From an uncultured Gaiellaceae bacterium (GTDB taxonomy: Bacteria; Actinomycetota; Thermoleophilia; Gaiellales; Gaiellaceae): DNA of 64,000 bases. The stretch spans positions 18,701-82,700 of the forward strand of contig CAVWES010000028.1 in NCBI GenBank assembly GCA_963754175.1, written 5' to 3'. This document shows, piece by piece, positions 32,861 to 42,381 of the stretch (the first letter of the stretch is position 1; each line of letters starts with the position of its first letter). The notes beneath the pieces were generated by a model that worked only from the letters and a program-made list of their open reading frames with translations, did not search any database and was not told where the DNA came from. The position numbers and the translations under genes are program-made.

Positions 32861-32894
32861 TTAGTTCCACGGCGCAGGGGGATTCCCGAAGGAG

Positions 32895-33089
32895 ATGGAG
32901 GAACTCCAGCGCGTGACGTTCCGGTTCGAGGGCGACACGCAGGTTCACTACCTGGCCTACGTTCCGAAGCCCGGAGACCTCGTGAGCCACGGGCGCGAAC
33001 TGTGGTCGGTGTCGAGTGTCGAGGTGGATTCGCTCGGAACGCTCGTCATCTGTCGACGACCGCCGGACCACGATCCGAAGACCCCGTAG
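32895..33089 (+). CDS. Hypothetical small protein (64 aa)
   Basis: MEELQRVTFRFEGDTQVHYLAYVPKPGDLVSHGRELWSVSSVEVDSLGTLVICRRP... Confidence 0.5.
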   Translation: MEELQRVTFRFEGDTQVHYLAYVPKPGDLVSHGRELWSVSSVEVDSLGTLVICRRPPDHDPKTP

Positions 33090-33165
33090 GTAATCTTGTC
33101 GGCTCGTCGCTGCGGCGATCCGCTCGAGGGCGGCAAACGGTGACGTCGAAACGAGGGCGAGGAAA

Positions 33166-33396
33166 ATGACTTCGATGGTCGTGCGTTTTCCGGACGGGAG
33201 CCGGGAGTTTCGGTTCCCGGAGAAGGCGCTGCAGGAAGGCGACCTGATCTGGCACGACGGGGAGCGGTATCGAGTCCTGAGCGTCACTTCGGACGACGCG
33301 GGCCGCGCCGTCGTGACCGTCGAACCTCAGTCCGACGATCTCGGGGACCTGCTGCGCTCCGAGGAGGGCGCCGTCCACCTCGTCGCGATCGAGTAG
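33166..33396 (+). CDS. Hypothetical small protein (76 aa), paralogous to 32895..33089
   Basis: MTSMVVRFPDGSREFRFPEKALQEGDLIWHDGERYRVLSVTSDDAGRAVVTVEP... The shared pattern is RF..G....(10-12 aa)..GDL..H.G....V.SV..D..G..V. Confidence 0.55.
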   Translation: MTSMVVRFPDGSREFRFPEKALQEGDLIWHDGERYRVLSVTSDDAGRAVVTVEPQSDDLGDLLRSEEGAVHLVAIE

Positions 33397-33424
33397 GCGA
33401 CACTCCGAGCCGCGCAAGCGGCAC

Positions 33425-33766
33425 CTACGACGAGCGAGGATCGAGCTCCTCGCTCAGCTCGGCGCCGACGCCGGTCTTCTCCACGACCCAGTAGCGCTCC
33501 TCGCGCCGGACGACCTGCTCGATTCGAGGGCTCACGTGTTCCTCGCCGGGTGCGACGAGAAAACGCGTGGGCTCGGCGCGAACGGCCTCGTACTCCTCGA
33601 TCGAGAGCTCCACGGGCTCGGCACACGTCTCGTCTGCACACTCGCATACCCACTCCGAGAAGCGCCGATTGACCCATCTGTTGTGCGCCTCGAGGCGCTC
33701 GTTGAGCTCGCGAAGAACGATCTCGTTCTTCGCGGCGCGAGCGACATCGCCGGCTCCTTCCGTCAT
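33425..33766 (-). CDS. Hypothetical protein (113 aa)
   Basis: Intact ORF with coding-like composition: ...NEIVLRELNERLEAHNRWVNRRFSEWVCECADETCAEPVELSIEEYEAVRAEPTRFLVAPGEEHVSPRIEQVV... Confidence 0.65.
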   Translation of the reverse strand: MTEGAGDVARAAKNEIVLRELNERLEAHNRWVNRRFSEWVCECADETCAEPVELSIEEYEAVRAEPTRFLVAPGEEHVSPRIEQVVRREERYWVVEKTGVGAELSEELDPRSS

Positions 33767-34089
33767 CGTCGTTCTCGACTACCCCGGGCACACGGGTCAC
33801 GAAACCTGCCGCGACCGAGGAGAGCCTCAACGAGGACGTGCGGCGTTAGCCTTCTGGGACCGTCTCGTAGTCACCCGCGCGAGCCGATCTCCCCCCATCG
33901 GGTCACGCCTGCCCGGCGTGCACCGGTCTATCCTCGCATCGGCCCGGGCGTCCGGGTGGTTCGGTGTCTCCGCCGCAGGGCACCTCGAGGTCGACCCTCG
34001 CCCGGGTCATCTCACTCCAGCAGGTGCCCGCCACAGCGCGTCGGACCGCGTCACGACGCCCGTCGCGCGGGGTCCGCGGAGTGGTTGGG

Positions 34090-34230
34090 CTACGCCGCGT
34101 CGGTGTCGGTGAGGGCGTCTTCAGGCCCGCCCGTCGCGAGTCCACTCTCGATGCGGGCCTGCAACACCGAGCCGTAGACGACGACGAAGCCGAGCAGGAA
34201 GACCGCCAGTGCCGCAACTGGCCAGAGCAT
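34090..34230 (-). CDS. Hypothetical small membrane protein (46 aa)
   Basis: Tail of ORF 34090..34434: MLWPVAALAVFLLGFVVVYGSVLQARIESGLATGGPEDALTDTDAA. Confidence 0.4.
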   Translation of the reverse strand: MLWPVAALAVFLLGFVVVYGSVLQARIESGLATGGPEDALTDTDAA

Positions 34231-34318
34231 GGGGTGTGTATCGGCGTGCTGCGGACTGCGGGCTATCCCCTCAACGAGCATTCGACCGAACCGCCGCCGC
34301 CGCATCGACGAAGATGCG

Positions 34319-35000
34319 GTGGTGCGCCGCCTCCAGCTCGTCACTCTGCTCGTCGTCACCGCCTGGACCGTCGGCGGGCTCGTCGTCGACCAACACGTCG
34401 GACATGCGGGCCAGCTTGCGCTCGGTGTCTTCACGATCGGCGTGCTCGCTGCGCTCCTCGCGGCTCATCCGACGGAGGTGCGTGTCCAGACGCTGGCGGT
34501 CGTTGCGATCGCGACGGTCGGCGAGGTCATCGGCTCGCTCGTATGGGGGCTCTACACCTACCGGCTCGACAACCTTCCCGCGTTCGTGCCGCCGGGCCAC
34601 GGGCTCGTCTATCTCGCGGGACTGTCGCTGGCGACCGTGCTCGCAGACCGCTCGAGGATGCTCCTCCTCGTCGCCGGAGCGGTCGCCGCGACGTGGGGGA
34701 TCGCCGGTGTCACGGTTCTCGCGCAGCCCGACGTCTCCGGCACGATCGGCTGCGCGTTCCTGATCGGCGTCCTCGTGTGGGCGCGCAGGCCGGTCTACGC
34801 AGGAGTCTTCATGGTCGTCGTGGGTCTCGAGCTGTACGGCACCGCCGTCGGCACGTGGACGCTGGGAGCCGTCGGTGCCTGGTCTCGGTCTCTCGCAGGG
34901 AAACCCGCCGAGTGGCGTCGCGAGTGGGTACGTCGTCTTCGACGTTCTCGCCCTCGCCCTCGTCGCGCGGCTCTACGTCGCCGCAGCGGCGCTTCAGTCG
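34319..35000 (+). CDS. Hypothetical polytopic membrane protein (at least 1 frame switch; 3' end unresolved)
   Basis: ORF 34229..35182: ...VVRRLQLVTLLVVTAWTVGGLVV...VGEVIGSLVWGLYTYRLDNLPAFVPPGHGLVYLAGLSLA... It continues in ORF 34875 (...GNPPSGVASGYVVFDVLALALVARLYVAAA). Confidence 0.6.
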
Positions 35001-36174
35001 AGGAGGGGGCGGAGGTCGGCCGCGTCGACGACGGTGCCCGTCCGGATCAGCTCGCGTGCGGAGTCGACCTTGCCCCAGACGTCCCAGAGCAGGAATCCGC
35101 GAGCTCTGCCATCCCCGTCGACGTAGGCGACGACGCCCTTGCGGTTCGGCTCGGCCCATTCGGCAACCGTGTCGAGACGTGAGTCGACGTCGCCCACGGC
35201 CTCGTAGCCGAGGTCGAAGAGGTCCGAGTAGAAGAAGGGCAGGTGGTCGTACGGCTCCCCGGCGCCCGCCATGTTGGCGCCGACCGCGCGTCCGTGCGTG
35301 TTCGCGTGATCCTCGTGCTCGACGCGACGCGTTCCTCCGAGTGCAGGGACCGGGAAGCGAGCGACGTCACCCGCCGCGAACACGTCGTCTCGCCCGCCGG
35401 CCCTCCCGTACTCGTCGACGAGGATGCCGTCGTCGACCTCGAGGCCGGCGGCTTCGGCGAGCTCGGTCACCGGGACGATTCCGAGCCCGGCGACGATCGC
35501 CTCCGCTTCGATCGTCGTTCCGCTCTTCGTCGTCACGACACCCGGTGCGACCTTCTCGACGAGCTCGACCCGCGAGAACCGTGACGCCCTTCTCGCGGTA
35601 GTAGTCGTTGACGAACGCCGCGAGGTCTGCAGGGAAGAGACGCGCGCCGATCCCGTCGTCCGGGAAGACGATCGTCACGTCGCATCCGTTCGTCGCGAGC
35701 GCGGCAGTGATCTCCGAGCCGATGAACCCACCGCCGATCACGGCGACGCGCAGCCCGTCGCGGGCGAGCCCGCGAAGGCGGCGGTAGTCGTCGAGCGTGC
35801 GGTAGTAGACGACGTCGCCGTCGCCGGAAGGCAGCCTTCGCGGCGTGCCACCGGTCGCGAGCAGCACCTTCTCGTACGCGTGCGTCTCGCCCGTGTCGTC
35901 GGTCGCGGAGCGCGCGTCGAGGTCCAGCCCGACGACTCGGCGGCCGGTGTGGAGCTCGACACCGAGCTCGGGCGTCCCGCGGAACACCGAGCTCTCTTCC
36001 TTTCCGGCCCACAGGCCCTTCGTCAGAGGCGGCCGCGCGTAGGGCTCGTGCGGCTCCGCGGCGAGCATGCCGATCGTCCCGGACGCGTCGTGATCGCGGA
36101 TTCCGCGGCACGCGGAGTCGCCGGTCATACCTCCGCCGACGATCAGGTACCGGTACGCCGCCATCCGTCCGCGA
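34994..36174 (-). CDS. FAD/NAD(P)-dependent pyridine-nucleotide-disulfide oxidoreductase, ferredoxin-reductase/AIF-like (1 frame switch near 35570)
   Basis: MAAYRYLIVGGGMTGDSACRGIR...VAVIGGGFIGSEITAAL... in ORF 35367..36386. ...DVFAAGDVARFP...HEDHANTHGRAVGANMAG... in ORF 34994..35536. Confidence 0.85.
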
Positions 36175-36231
36175 TCGTAACCGGCGTCGGTCGGGTGCGC
36201 GCTGTAGAGTCCCGCGCGGCGTTGACCGGAC

Positions 36232-37218
36232 TGCGAATACCGCCACTCGTCGCTGCGGCAGTCGCGGCGGCCTGCCTTGCGCTTCCGGCATCCGGCGGCG
36301 CCCGGCAAGGAGAAGGCACCGAGCGCGCGGCCATCTTCTACTACCCCTGGTACTCGACACCCACGAAGGACGGGCGCTGGGCGCACTGGTACGTCGAGCA
36401 GGACGGCACGCCGACGCTCTCGACCGCGTACTTCCCGAGCCGAGGCCTGTACTCGTCGTCGAACGCCAAGATCGTGTCGGCGCAGATGCGCGAGATCGCG
36501 AGCACCGGAGTCGGCACGATCGTGGTCTCCTGGTGGGGGTTCGACTCACCCGAGAACGACCGCCTGCTTCTCGTGGAGCAGGAGGCGACGCGCAACGGGC
36601 TCGAGGTCGCGATCCACGTGGAGCCCTATCGCGGCCGGACGCCGGCCAAGGCGGCGGAGGACATCGCGCGGCTCAACCGCGAGGGCGGCTTCACGGACTT
36701 CTACGTCTACGACGCCGACCGTGACCCGGCCACCGAGTGGGCCGAGGCGCTCGCGCCGCTCCACGACGTCCGCATCTTCGGGCACACGCCCTTCGTCGGA
36801 CGCGCAAAGGCCTCGGGGTTCGACGGGCTCTACACGTACGACGTGGTCACGTGGAACGGCGCGCTCTTCCGCCGCCTCTGCGCGCAGGCGCACGCAGCCG
36901 GCCTGCTCTGCGCCCCTTCCGTGGGGCCGGGGTACGACGCGCACCTCGCCACGCTCTCCGAGGTCGTGCGTCCTCGGAACGACGGGCTCACGTACGACCG
37001 GATGTGGAAGACGGCGCTGAAGGCCGAACGCCGACCTCGTCACGATCACGAGCTACAACGAGTGGCAGGAAGGCACGCAGATCGAGCCTGCCCGCGTCGC
37101 CGTCGGGAGGGCGAGCTACGACGGAGCCTGGGGCAAGAACGGCGTGGCCGCCCAGCGCGCCTATCTCACGGCGACGATCCGCTGGACCGAGCGCCTGCGC
37201 GGACTACCGACTCAGTAG
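36232..37218 (+). CDS. Secreted glycoside hydrolase family 99-like protein (1 frame switch near 37025)
   Basis: Within the giant ORF 35424..38843: (M)TGLRIPPLVAAAVAAACLALPASGGA...AAIFYYPWYSTPTKDGRWAHWY...GTIVVSWWGFDSPEND...VAIHVEPYRGR. The tail ...DLVTITSYNEWQEGTQIEPA... is in another frame and ends at TAG 37216-37218. Confidence 0.75.
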
Positions 37219-37775
37219 AGGGCGGTCGCCAGCCGGCGGCGGTACGCGACCGTCACGGGATCGTCGTGCCCGAGGTCGTGGAAGACCGCCAGTGCGAGCT
37301 CGCGGAGCCACTCACGCCGGTCGGGCGAGGCGTCGGCGATCTCGTCGAGGACGAGGTCGAGCGCCTTCTCCAGGTCATCCGCCTCCAGCGCGGCGAGGAC
37401 CTCGGGAAGCTCGCCGCTCTCGCGCAACGACTCGACGACGCCGGCAACACGCGGCGGCGCGAGCAGCTCGTCCAGGAACGAGGCGACGGCGACCGGCGAG
37501 CGCGCCCCCACGAACTCGGACACGACGCGTCCGTCGCGGAACGCCTTCACGGCCGGAATCCCTTGCACGCGGAACGTCGCGGCAAGCCCGGGGTTCGCGT
37601 CCACGTCGACCTTCGCGAGGATCACGGATCCGTCGCGCGTCGCAACCTGCTCCTCGAGCACGGGCGTCAACGCACGACATGGTCCGCACCAGGCCGCCCA
37701 GAAGTCGACGACGACCGGGAGCTCACGCGAGCGCTCGATCACGTCGTTCTCGAACGTCGCTTCGGTGACGTCCAT
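37212..37775 (-). CDS. Thioredoxin-domain protein with a helical C-terminal extension (YbbN/CnoX-like)
   Basis: Intact ORF: ...PVVVDFWAAWCGPCRALTPVLEE...VDVDANPGLAATFRVQGIPAVKAF... Confidence 0.9.
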   Translation of the reverse strand: MDVTEATFENDVIERSRELPVVVDFWAAWCGPCRALTPVLEEQVATRDGSVILAKVDVDANPGLAATFRVQGIPAVKAFRDGRVVSEFVGARSPVAVASFLDELLAPPRVAGVVESLRESGELPEVLAALEADDLEKALDLVLDEIADASPDRREWLRELALAVFHDLGHDDPVTVAYRRRLATALY

Positions 37776-37805
37776 GCTCGCCTAAACGTCGCCGGTCGGC
37801 GGTCG

Positions 37806-38801
37806 TCATCCCCGCACCACGACGTCCGAGCCGCAGCCGGCGACGAGAGCCGCAGGGACGTGCTCTGCGTCGACGTCCCGGAGAGAGCGATGCCCGAGGT
37901 CGATCGCGATCTCGGGCCATGTGCTCAGACCGAGCGAGCGCGCACCGACGTCACGGCCGAACGCGTACAGCTCGTCGGTCGAGAACACGCCGCGGCGACC
38001 CGTCTGGCGCCGTGCGATGCCCTCGAGCTCGCGCAGCTCCTCGAACGGGTCGATGCGCACGTTCGAGTCCGATCCGATGCAGAGGGGAATCGCTCGGCTG
38101 CGGATGCGCTCTGCGGGAAGGAAGCCGTCGCCGAGGTCTGCCTCGGTGGTCGGGCACGCGCAGACGACTGCGCCGGACGAGGCGAGGAGGTCGAGCTCGA
38201 CGCCTTCCGCGTGGGTCGCATGCACGACCGTGGTGCGCTCGGTGAGGCAGCCGGTGCGCGCCAGCAGCTCGATCGGGCGGCAGCCGTGCTCGGCGAGGCA
38301 CTCCTCGATCTCCTTCGGCTGCTCGTCGGCATGGACGTGGAGCGGCAGCTCGTGCTCGCGCGCGTACCGCCCGATCTCCTCGAGCCAGTCGGCGGGGCAC
38401 GCGCGGACGGAGTGGGGGGCGACCCCGACGCGCAGCCCGGCATCCCGGAGCCCCTCGACCTGCTCGATGAATTCCGCAACCGACTCCTGGCGGAAGCGGG
38501 GGAGACCTCCGCGCGCGTAGGCGACATGGAGGAGGACGAGCTCGATCCCCGCGGCTGCCGCGGCCTCGGCTGCCGCCAGTGCTTCGACGAAGCCGAGGTA
38601 GTGGAACTCGCCCACCGCCGTGTACCCGGCGGCGAGCATCTCCTCGTAGCCCAGCCGGTAGGCGTCGCGCACGAGCTCCGGTGTCTGACGCTCCGCCTCG
38701 GCGAGCATCACCTCCCGCCACGCCCAGAAGTCACCGCCGGCCGCGCGCCCCCGCAACGACCGCTGGAACGTGTGGCTGTGCGCGTTCACGAAGCCCGGCA
38801 T
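37806..38801 (-). CDS. Amidohydrolase superfamily protein (formimidoylglutamate/guanine deaminase-like); short N-terminus
   Basis: ORF 37806..38906: ...MPGFVNAHSHTFQRSLRGRA...VGEFHYL...LHVHADEQPKEIEEC...VVHATH...GSDSN. I place the start at the internal Met because of the divergent pgsA gene at 38924. Confidence 0.8.
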   Translation of the reverse strand: MPGFVNAHSHTFQRSLRGRAAGGDFWAWREVMLAEAERQTPELVRDAYRLGYEEMLAAGYTAVGEFHYLGFVEALAAAEAAAAAGIELVLLHVAYARGGLPRFRQESVAEFIEQVEGLRDAGLRVGVAPHSVRACPADWLEEIGRYAREHELPLHVHADEQPKEIEECLAEHGCRPIELLARTGCLTERTTVVHATHAEGVELDLLASSGAVVCACPTTEADLGDGFLPAERIRSRAIPLCIGSDSNVRIDPFEELRELEGIARRQTGRRGVFSTDELYAFGRDVGARSLGLSTWPEIAIDLGHRSLRDVDAEHVPAALVAGCGSDVVVRG

Positions 38802-38923
38802 TCGGAGCGTGCCCGCCACGCGCGCGACGCTAGCACGGCTTAGACGACGCAAAGGTGGGTCGCTGACCGAAGGCGAGAACCCGGTCACGATTCCGGTATT
38901 GCGCACGACATAGGCTCTTCGCC

Positions 38924-39497
38924 GTGTCCTGGCCGGAGATTCGCCGTTCGATCCCGAACGCGCTGACGATCGCGCGGTTCGTCGCGATCCCGGTCTTCGT
39001 CTGGCTCTACCTGGAGGCGGGTGACGGTCCGGCGTGGGGGGCAGGGGTGTTCTTCGCCGCTGCTGCCCTCACCGATCAACTCGACGGCTATCTCGCGCGG
39101 CGCTGGCAGGTGGAGTCGCGGTTCGGCACGGTCGCCGACCCTCTCGCCGACCGGCTCATGATCGGGACTGCGGCGATCCTCATGCTCGCCACCGGTCGGA
39201 TCCCGATTCTCGCCGCGCTCGTCATCCTCGCGCGCGACGTCGTCCTCGTCCTCGGCTACAGGATCCTGTCGCCCGGGGGCTACGACCTCGAGGTCACCTT
39301 CCTGGGCAAGACGGCGACCTGGGTCCTCTACGCCTCGCTCGGGTTCGTCCTCGTCACGGCGGAGGGAACGACCTGGCCACTCGTGCTGCTGTGGATCGGC
39401 ATCGCGCTCTCCCTCGCGAGCCGGCGTGCAGTACGCCCTTCGAGCATGGCGCCAGGTGCACGGCGGAAGGGACTCTCGACCCGAGCGCGAACCTTGA
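38924..39497 (+). CDS. pgsA: CDP-alcohol phosphatidyltransferase (1 frame switch near 39420)
   Basis: ...IPNALTIARFVAIPVFVWL...AAAALTDQLDGYLARRWQVESRFGTVADPLADRL... The tail AGVQYALRAWRQVHGG... is in another frame and ends at TGA 39495-39497. Confidence 0.85.
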
Positions 39498-39512
39498 CCG
39501 GAGGCTGAAGTC

Positions 39513-39527
39513 TCAACCTGAGGTTGA
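39513..39527. promoter_or_regulatory. 15-bp palindrome TCAACCT-g-AGGTTGA upstream of the RsiG-like/FHA/MerR operon
   Basis: Read directly from the sequence. It lies 55 nt upstream of the TTG start at 39582. Function is unknown. Confidence 0.25.
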
Positions 39528-39581
39528 CCCCTTGGCTCGACTGCTGCTTTACTCAGGTGACCTTCGAGGAAAGGCGGGTCC

Positions 39582-39830
39582 TTGGAACCACTCCCCGATC
39601 TCCCGACACTGACGGACGACGACCTTCGCGTGATGATCCGCGACCTCGAGAAGGAGGAGGACGACATCTCCTTTCGGCGCCGCGTGCTGCACGGTCGCAT
39701 CGACATCCTTCGAGCCGAGCTCGTCGCACGCCTGCGCGAGCAGGTGAGCGCGGGGGAGGCACAGCTCGCGGACGTCGGGCGCCTGAGCGAGATCCTCACG
39801 GCGAAAGCGGCTCCGACGGAAGACGAGTGA
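39582..39830 (+). CDS. Small coiled-coil protein, RsiG-like (single E-x3-S-x2-R-x3-H-x3-D motif)
   Basis: ORF: MEPLPDLPTLTDDDLRVMIRDLEKEEDDISFRRRVLHGRIDILRAELVARLREQV... The spacing matches the RsiG c-di-GMP-binding signature, with H in place of Q. Confidence 0.55.
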   Translation: MEPLPDLPTLTDDDLRVMIRDLEKEEDDISFRRRVLHGRIDILRAELVARLREQVSAGEAQLADVGRLSEILTAKAAPTEDE

Positions 39831-40288
39831 GCCACGTCTACTGCCCCGAGTGCGGCTTCCAGAACCCGGAAGCCTCGAACTACTGCGCGCGCTGCGGCGC
39901 GCTCCTGACGGCGGAGACCGGATCGGAGACGACGATGAGCTTCGACATGTCCGACGACGGCGAGGAGGTCGACCTCCTCGAAGCGCTCGGCATCCAGGGA
40001 CCCGCGCTCGTCGTGCGCTCGGGTGGCGGCATGGCGGGACAGTCCTTCCAGCCCGCCGAGGGCCGCACGCTCATCGGACGGTCACCCGAGTGCCACGTCT
40101 TCCTCGACGACGTCACCGTCTCGCGTCGACACGCCGAGCTCACGCGCGAGGGCGAGACGTTCTCGATCCGCGACCTGGGCAGCCTCAACGGCACGTACGT
40201 GAACCGGCGGCGCATCGAGTCGACCGTCCTCGAGAACGACGACGAGGTGCAGATCGGCAAGTACCGCCTGACGTTCCTCCAGCGATGA
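39827..40288 (+). CDS. FHA-domain protein with an N-terminal zinc ribbon (GarA/OdhI-position gene)
   Basis: VSHVYCPECGFQNPEASNYCARCGALL...GRTLIGRSPECHVFLDDVTVSRRHAELTREGETFSIRDLGSLNGTYVNRRRI. The GTG overlaps the upstream stop. Confidence 0.85.
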   Translation: MSHVYCPECGFQNPEASNYCARCGALLTAETGSETTMSFDMSDDGEEVDLLEALGIQGPALVVRSGGGMAGQSFQPAEGRTLIGRSPECHVFLDDVTVSRRHAELTREGETFSIRDLGSLNGTYVNRRRIESTVLENDDEVQIGKYRLTFLQR

Positions 40289-40998
40289 GCACGGTCGCGA
40301 CACGTCGGGAGCGGGGGGGCGCGGAGCCGCGCCCGAGGACGATCGGATCGGTCTGCGAGGAGCTGCGCGAGCAGTTCCCGGACATCTCGGTCTCGAAGAT
40401 CCGCTACCTCGAGGACCAGGGGCTCATCTCGCCTCGGCGGACGCGTGGCGGGTATCGGCTGTTCGCCCCCGACGACATCGAGCGCCTCACGACGATCCTG
40501 CGTCTTCAGCGCGACGAGTTCCTGCCGCTCCGCGTGATCCGCGAGGAGCTCGACGGCCCGGGCGCAGCGAGCGATCGCACGCGCCGCAGGAACGTCGGTG
40601 TGCTCGGCCACGAGGAGGAGATCGACGAAACGGAGCTGTGCGAGCGGGCATCCGTCTCGCCGGACGTCGTGCGCCAGCTCGAGGAGTTCGGGCTTCTCGT
40701 CTCGCGCACGGAGGGCGGCGAGCGCTTCTACGGCGAGAGCGAGGCCGACATCGCCGCCGCATGCGCGCGGCTGGCTCGGTTCGGCATCGATGCGCGCCAC
40801 CTCCGGACCTTCCTGACGGGCGCAGGGCGCCAGGCAGCGCTCGTGGAGCAGCTCGTCGCACCGGGACTGCGCTCGCGCAACGCCGAACGCCGGAAGCACG
40901 CGCTCGACGACCTCGACGCACTCTCGCGCGTCGCCCAGGAGCTCTCGCACCTCCTCCTCGTCCGCGACCTCAGGGCGACCGTGGAGCGCACCGCATGA
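40285..40998 (+). CDS. MerR-family transcriptional regulator (FtsR-like position)
   Basis: MSTVATRRERGG...IGSVCEELREQFPDISVSKIRYLEDQGLISPRRTRGGYRLFAPDDIERLTTILRLQRDEFLPLRVI. The ATG overlaps the FHA gene stop. Confidence 0.85.
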   Translation: MSTVATRRERGGAEPRPRTIGSVCEELREQFPDISVSKIRYLEDQGLISPRRTRGGYRLFAPDDIERLTTILRLQRDEFLPLRVIREELDGPGAASDRTRRRNVGVLGHEEEIDETELCERASVSPDVVRQLEEFGLLVSRTEGGERFYGESEADIAAACARLARFGIDARHLRTFLTGAGRQAALVEQLVAPGLRSRNAERRKHALDDLDALSRVAQELSHLLLVRDLRATVERTA

Positions 40999-41513
40999 CA
41001 CTCGACCTACGCGACCGGATACGCGACGTCCCGGACTTCCCGTCCGCGGGAATCGTCTTCAAGGACCTCATGCCGCTCATCGCCGATCCCGAGTACTTCG
41101 CCGAGTCGATCCGGCTGCTCGCGGACTGGGCGCGGCCGCGCAACCCCGACCTCATCCTCGGTGCCGAGGCACGCGGCTTCATCTTCGGAGCTGCCCTCGC
41201 GTACGAGCTCGGCGCCGGCTTCATCGCTGCGCGGAAGCCGGGGAAGCTCCCGCGCGAGACCGTCGAGGCGACGTACGCCCTCGAGTACGGCACCGACAGC
41301 CTGCAGGTCCACCGGGACGCAGTGCCCGCCGGGGCGCGCGTCATCGTGCTCGACGACGTGCTCGCGACAGGCGGAACGGCTCGAGCGAAGGTGGAGCTGG
41401 TCGAGGGCCTCGGAGGCATCGTCGCGGGCGTGCTCTTCGTCATCGAGCTCGACTTCCTGAACGGCCGCGAGCGGCTGTCGGGCTACGACGTGCACTCGCT
41501 CGTCCACTACTGA
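40995..41513 (+). CDS. apt: Adenine phosphoribosyltransferase
   Basis: MTLDLRDRIRDVPDFPSAGIVFKDLMPL...ILGAEARGFIFGAALAYELG...VIVLDDVLATGGTA. The ATG overlaps the MerR gene stop. Confidence 0.95.
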   Translation: MTLDLRDRIRDVPDFPSAGIVFKDLMPLIADPEYFAESIRLLADWARPRNPDLILGAEARGFIFGAALAYELGAGFIAARKPGKLPRETVEATYALEYGTDSLQVHRDAVPAGARVIVLDDVLATGGTARAKVELVEGLGGIVAGVLFVIELDFLNGRERLSGYDVHSLVHY

Positions 41514-41931
41514 GACACGTGTCGTCCGAACGCTCTCCTACAAGGAGAGCATGGCCCCAGACGCGAACCGGCGGCGTTCACTCCCGCCAGGGATCGAACG
41601 GACGAGATCGTGTGCCGATGCCCGTTCCATGAGTGCCGCCGTGCTCACAACGGTCGCTCCAACGGCCTCGACGCGGATTCTCGCGGACGTCACCGCCCTC
41701 GCTGCTCCAGAGCGGGCTCCCAGGGAGCCGGCCCTGGAGCGTCTCGAACAGGCGATCGGCCGGGACTTCGCGGACCGCCTCGTAGCCGCGCTGAGCGAAA
41801 AGTCGGGCGATCTCCGACGCTGAACCGCCCTCCGCCGGACTGAGCGACCTCCGGAGACGGCATCGGCAGGCGCCGCGAAGCGGCGGCCGTTACGGATCTC
41901 GCGAGCCGGAGATGTCCGGTCTGCGGAAGAG

Positions 41932-42120
41932 TCAGCGCGCGTCGCCGCCGCGCAGGCGGACGAACAGGAAGATCGCTGCTGCCGCGACGAGCGACACGAC
42001 GAAGGCGACGCCACCAGGGACTTCGATCGCGAGCGCTCCGAGCCACATGTAGAGGAAGAACACGACCGACCAGACGAACGCGAGAACACCCTGGTCGATG
42101 CTCGGGGCCCGGAGGTGCAT
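41932..42120 (-). CDS. Hypothetical small membrane protein (62 aa)
   Basis: Tail of ORF 41932..42264: MHLRAPSIDQGVLAFVWSVVFFLYMWLGALAIEVPGGVAFVVSLVAAAAIFLFVRLRGGDAR. Confidence 0.45.
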   Translation of the reverse strand: MHLRAPSIDQGVLAFVWSVVFFLYMWLGALAIEVPGGVAFVVSLVAAAAIFLFVRLRGGDAR

Positions 42121-42381
42121 CGCGCGCGATCCTACACATCGCGTCCCGGACCAAGAATTCACCGAGCCGGTGGCGCTTTCGTCCACTCGACCCGCTGACC
42201 GTCCGCTTCCGCGTAGAGCCTGCGAGCTGAGCTTCGACCTACTTGCGCTCCGTGCTCGGTGCAAGGGGGAACCTAGGGGACATGCCCCGACGGGTCAAGC
42301 GACCCGTTCACCGGATTGCCGCAATTTGCGCGCGATTTCTTCCGCGTCTGCCCGTCGGCTCCCGAGACGTAGGATCCCGCC

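Noticed and set aside
35424-38843. A 1139-aa plus-strand ORF, the longest in the track.
   Set aside because: Only about 36232..37020 of it is real (the GH99-like gene). The rest is low-complexity Arg/Asp/Glu-rich sequence antisense to well-supported minus-strand genes: the FAD oxidoreductase, the thioredoxin and the amidohydrolase. It is a high-GC open-frame artefact.
41515-41524. The 10-bp perfect palindrome GACACGTGTC just after apt as a regulatory site or terminator.
   Set aside because: A loopless palindrome cannot form a terminator hairpin. A single 10-mer with no second copy in the window and no adjacent promoter is not enough to call.
41551-41823. A 90-aa plus ORF, or alternatively an antisense reading (...ASEIARLFAQRGYEAVREVPADRLFETLQG...), after apt.
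   Set aside because: Both strands give semi-plausible peptides with similar, mediocre third-position GC (about 77-80% by my count, against roughly 90% or higher as I estimate for clear genes). There are no family signatures. I cannot decide which reading, if either, is real, so I did not call it.
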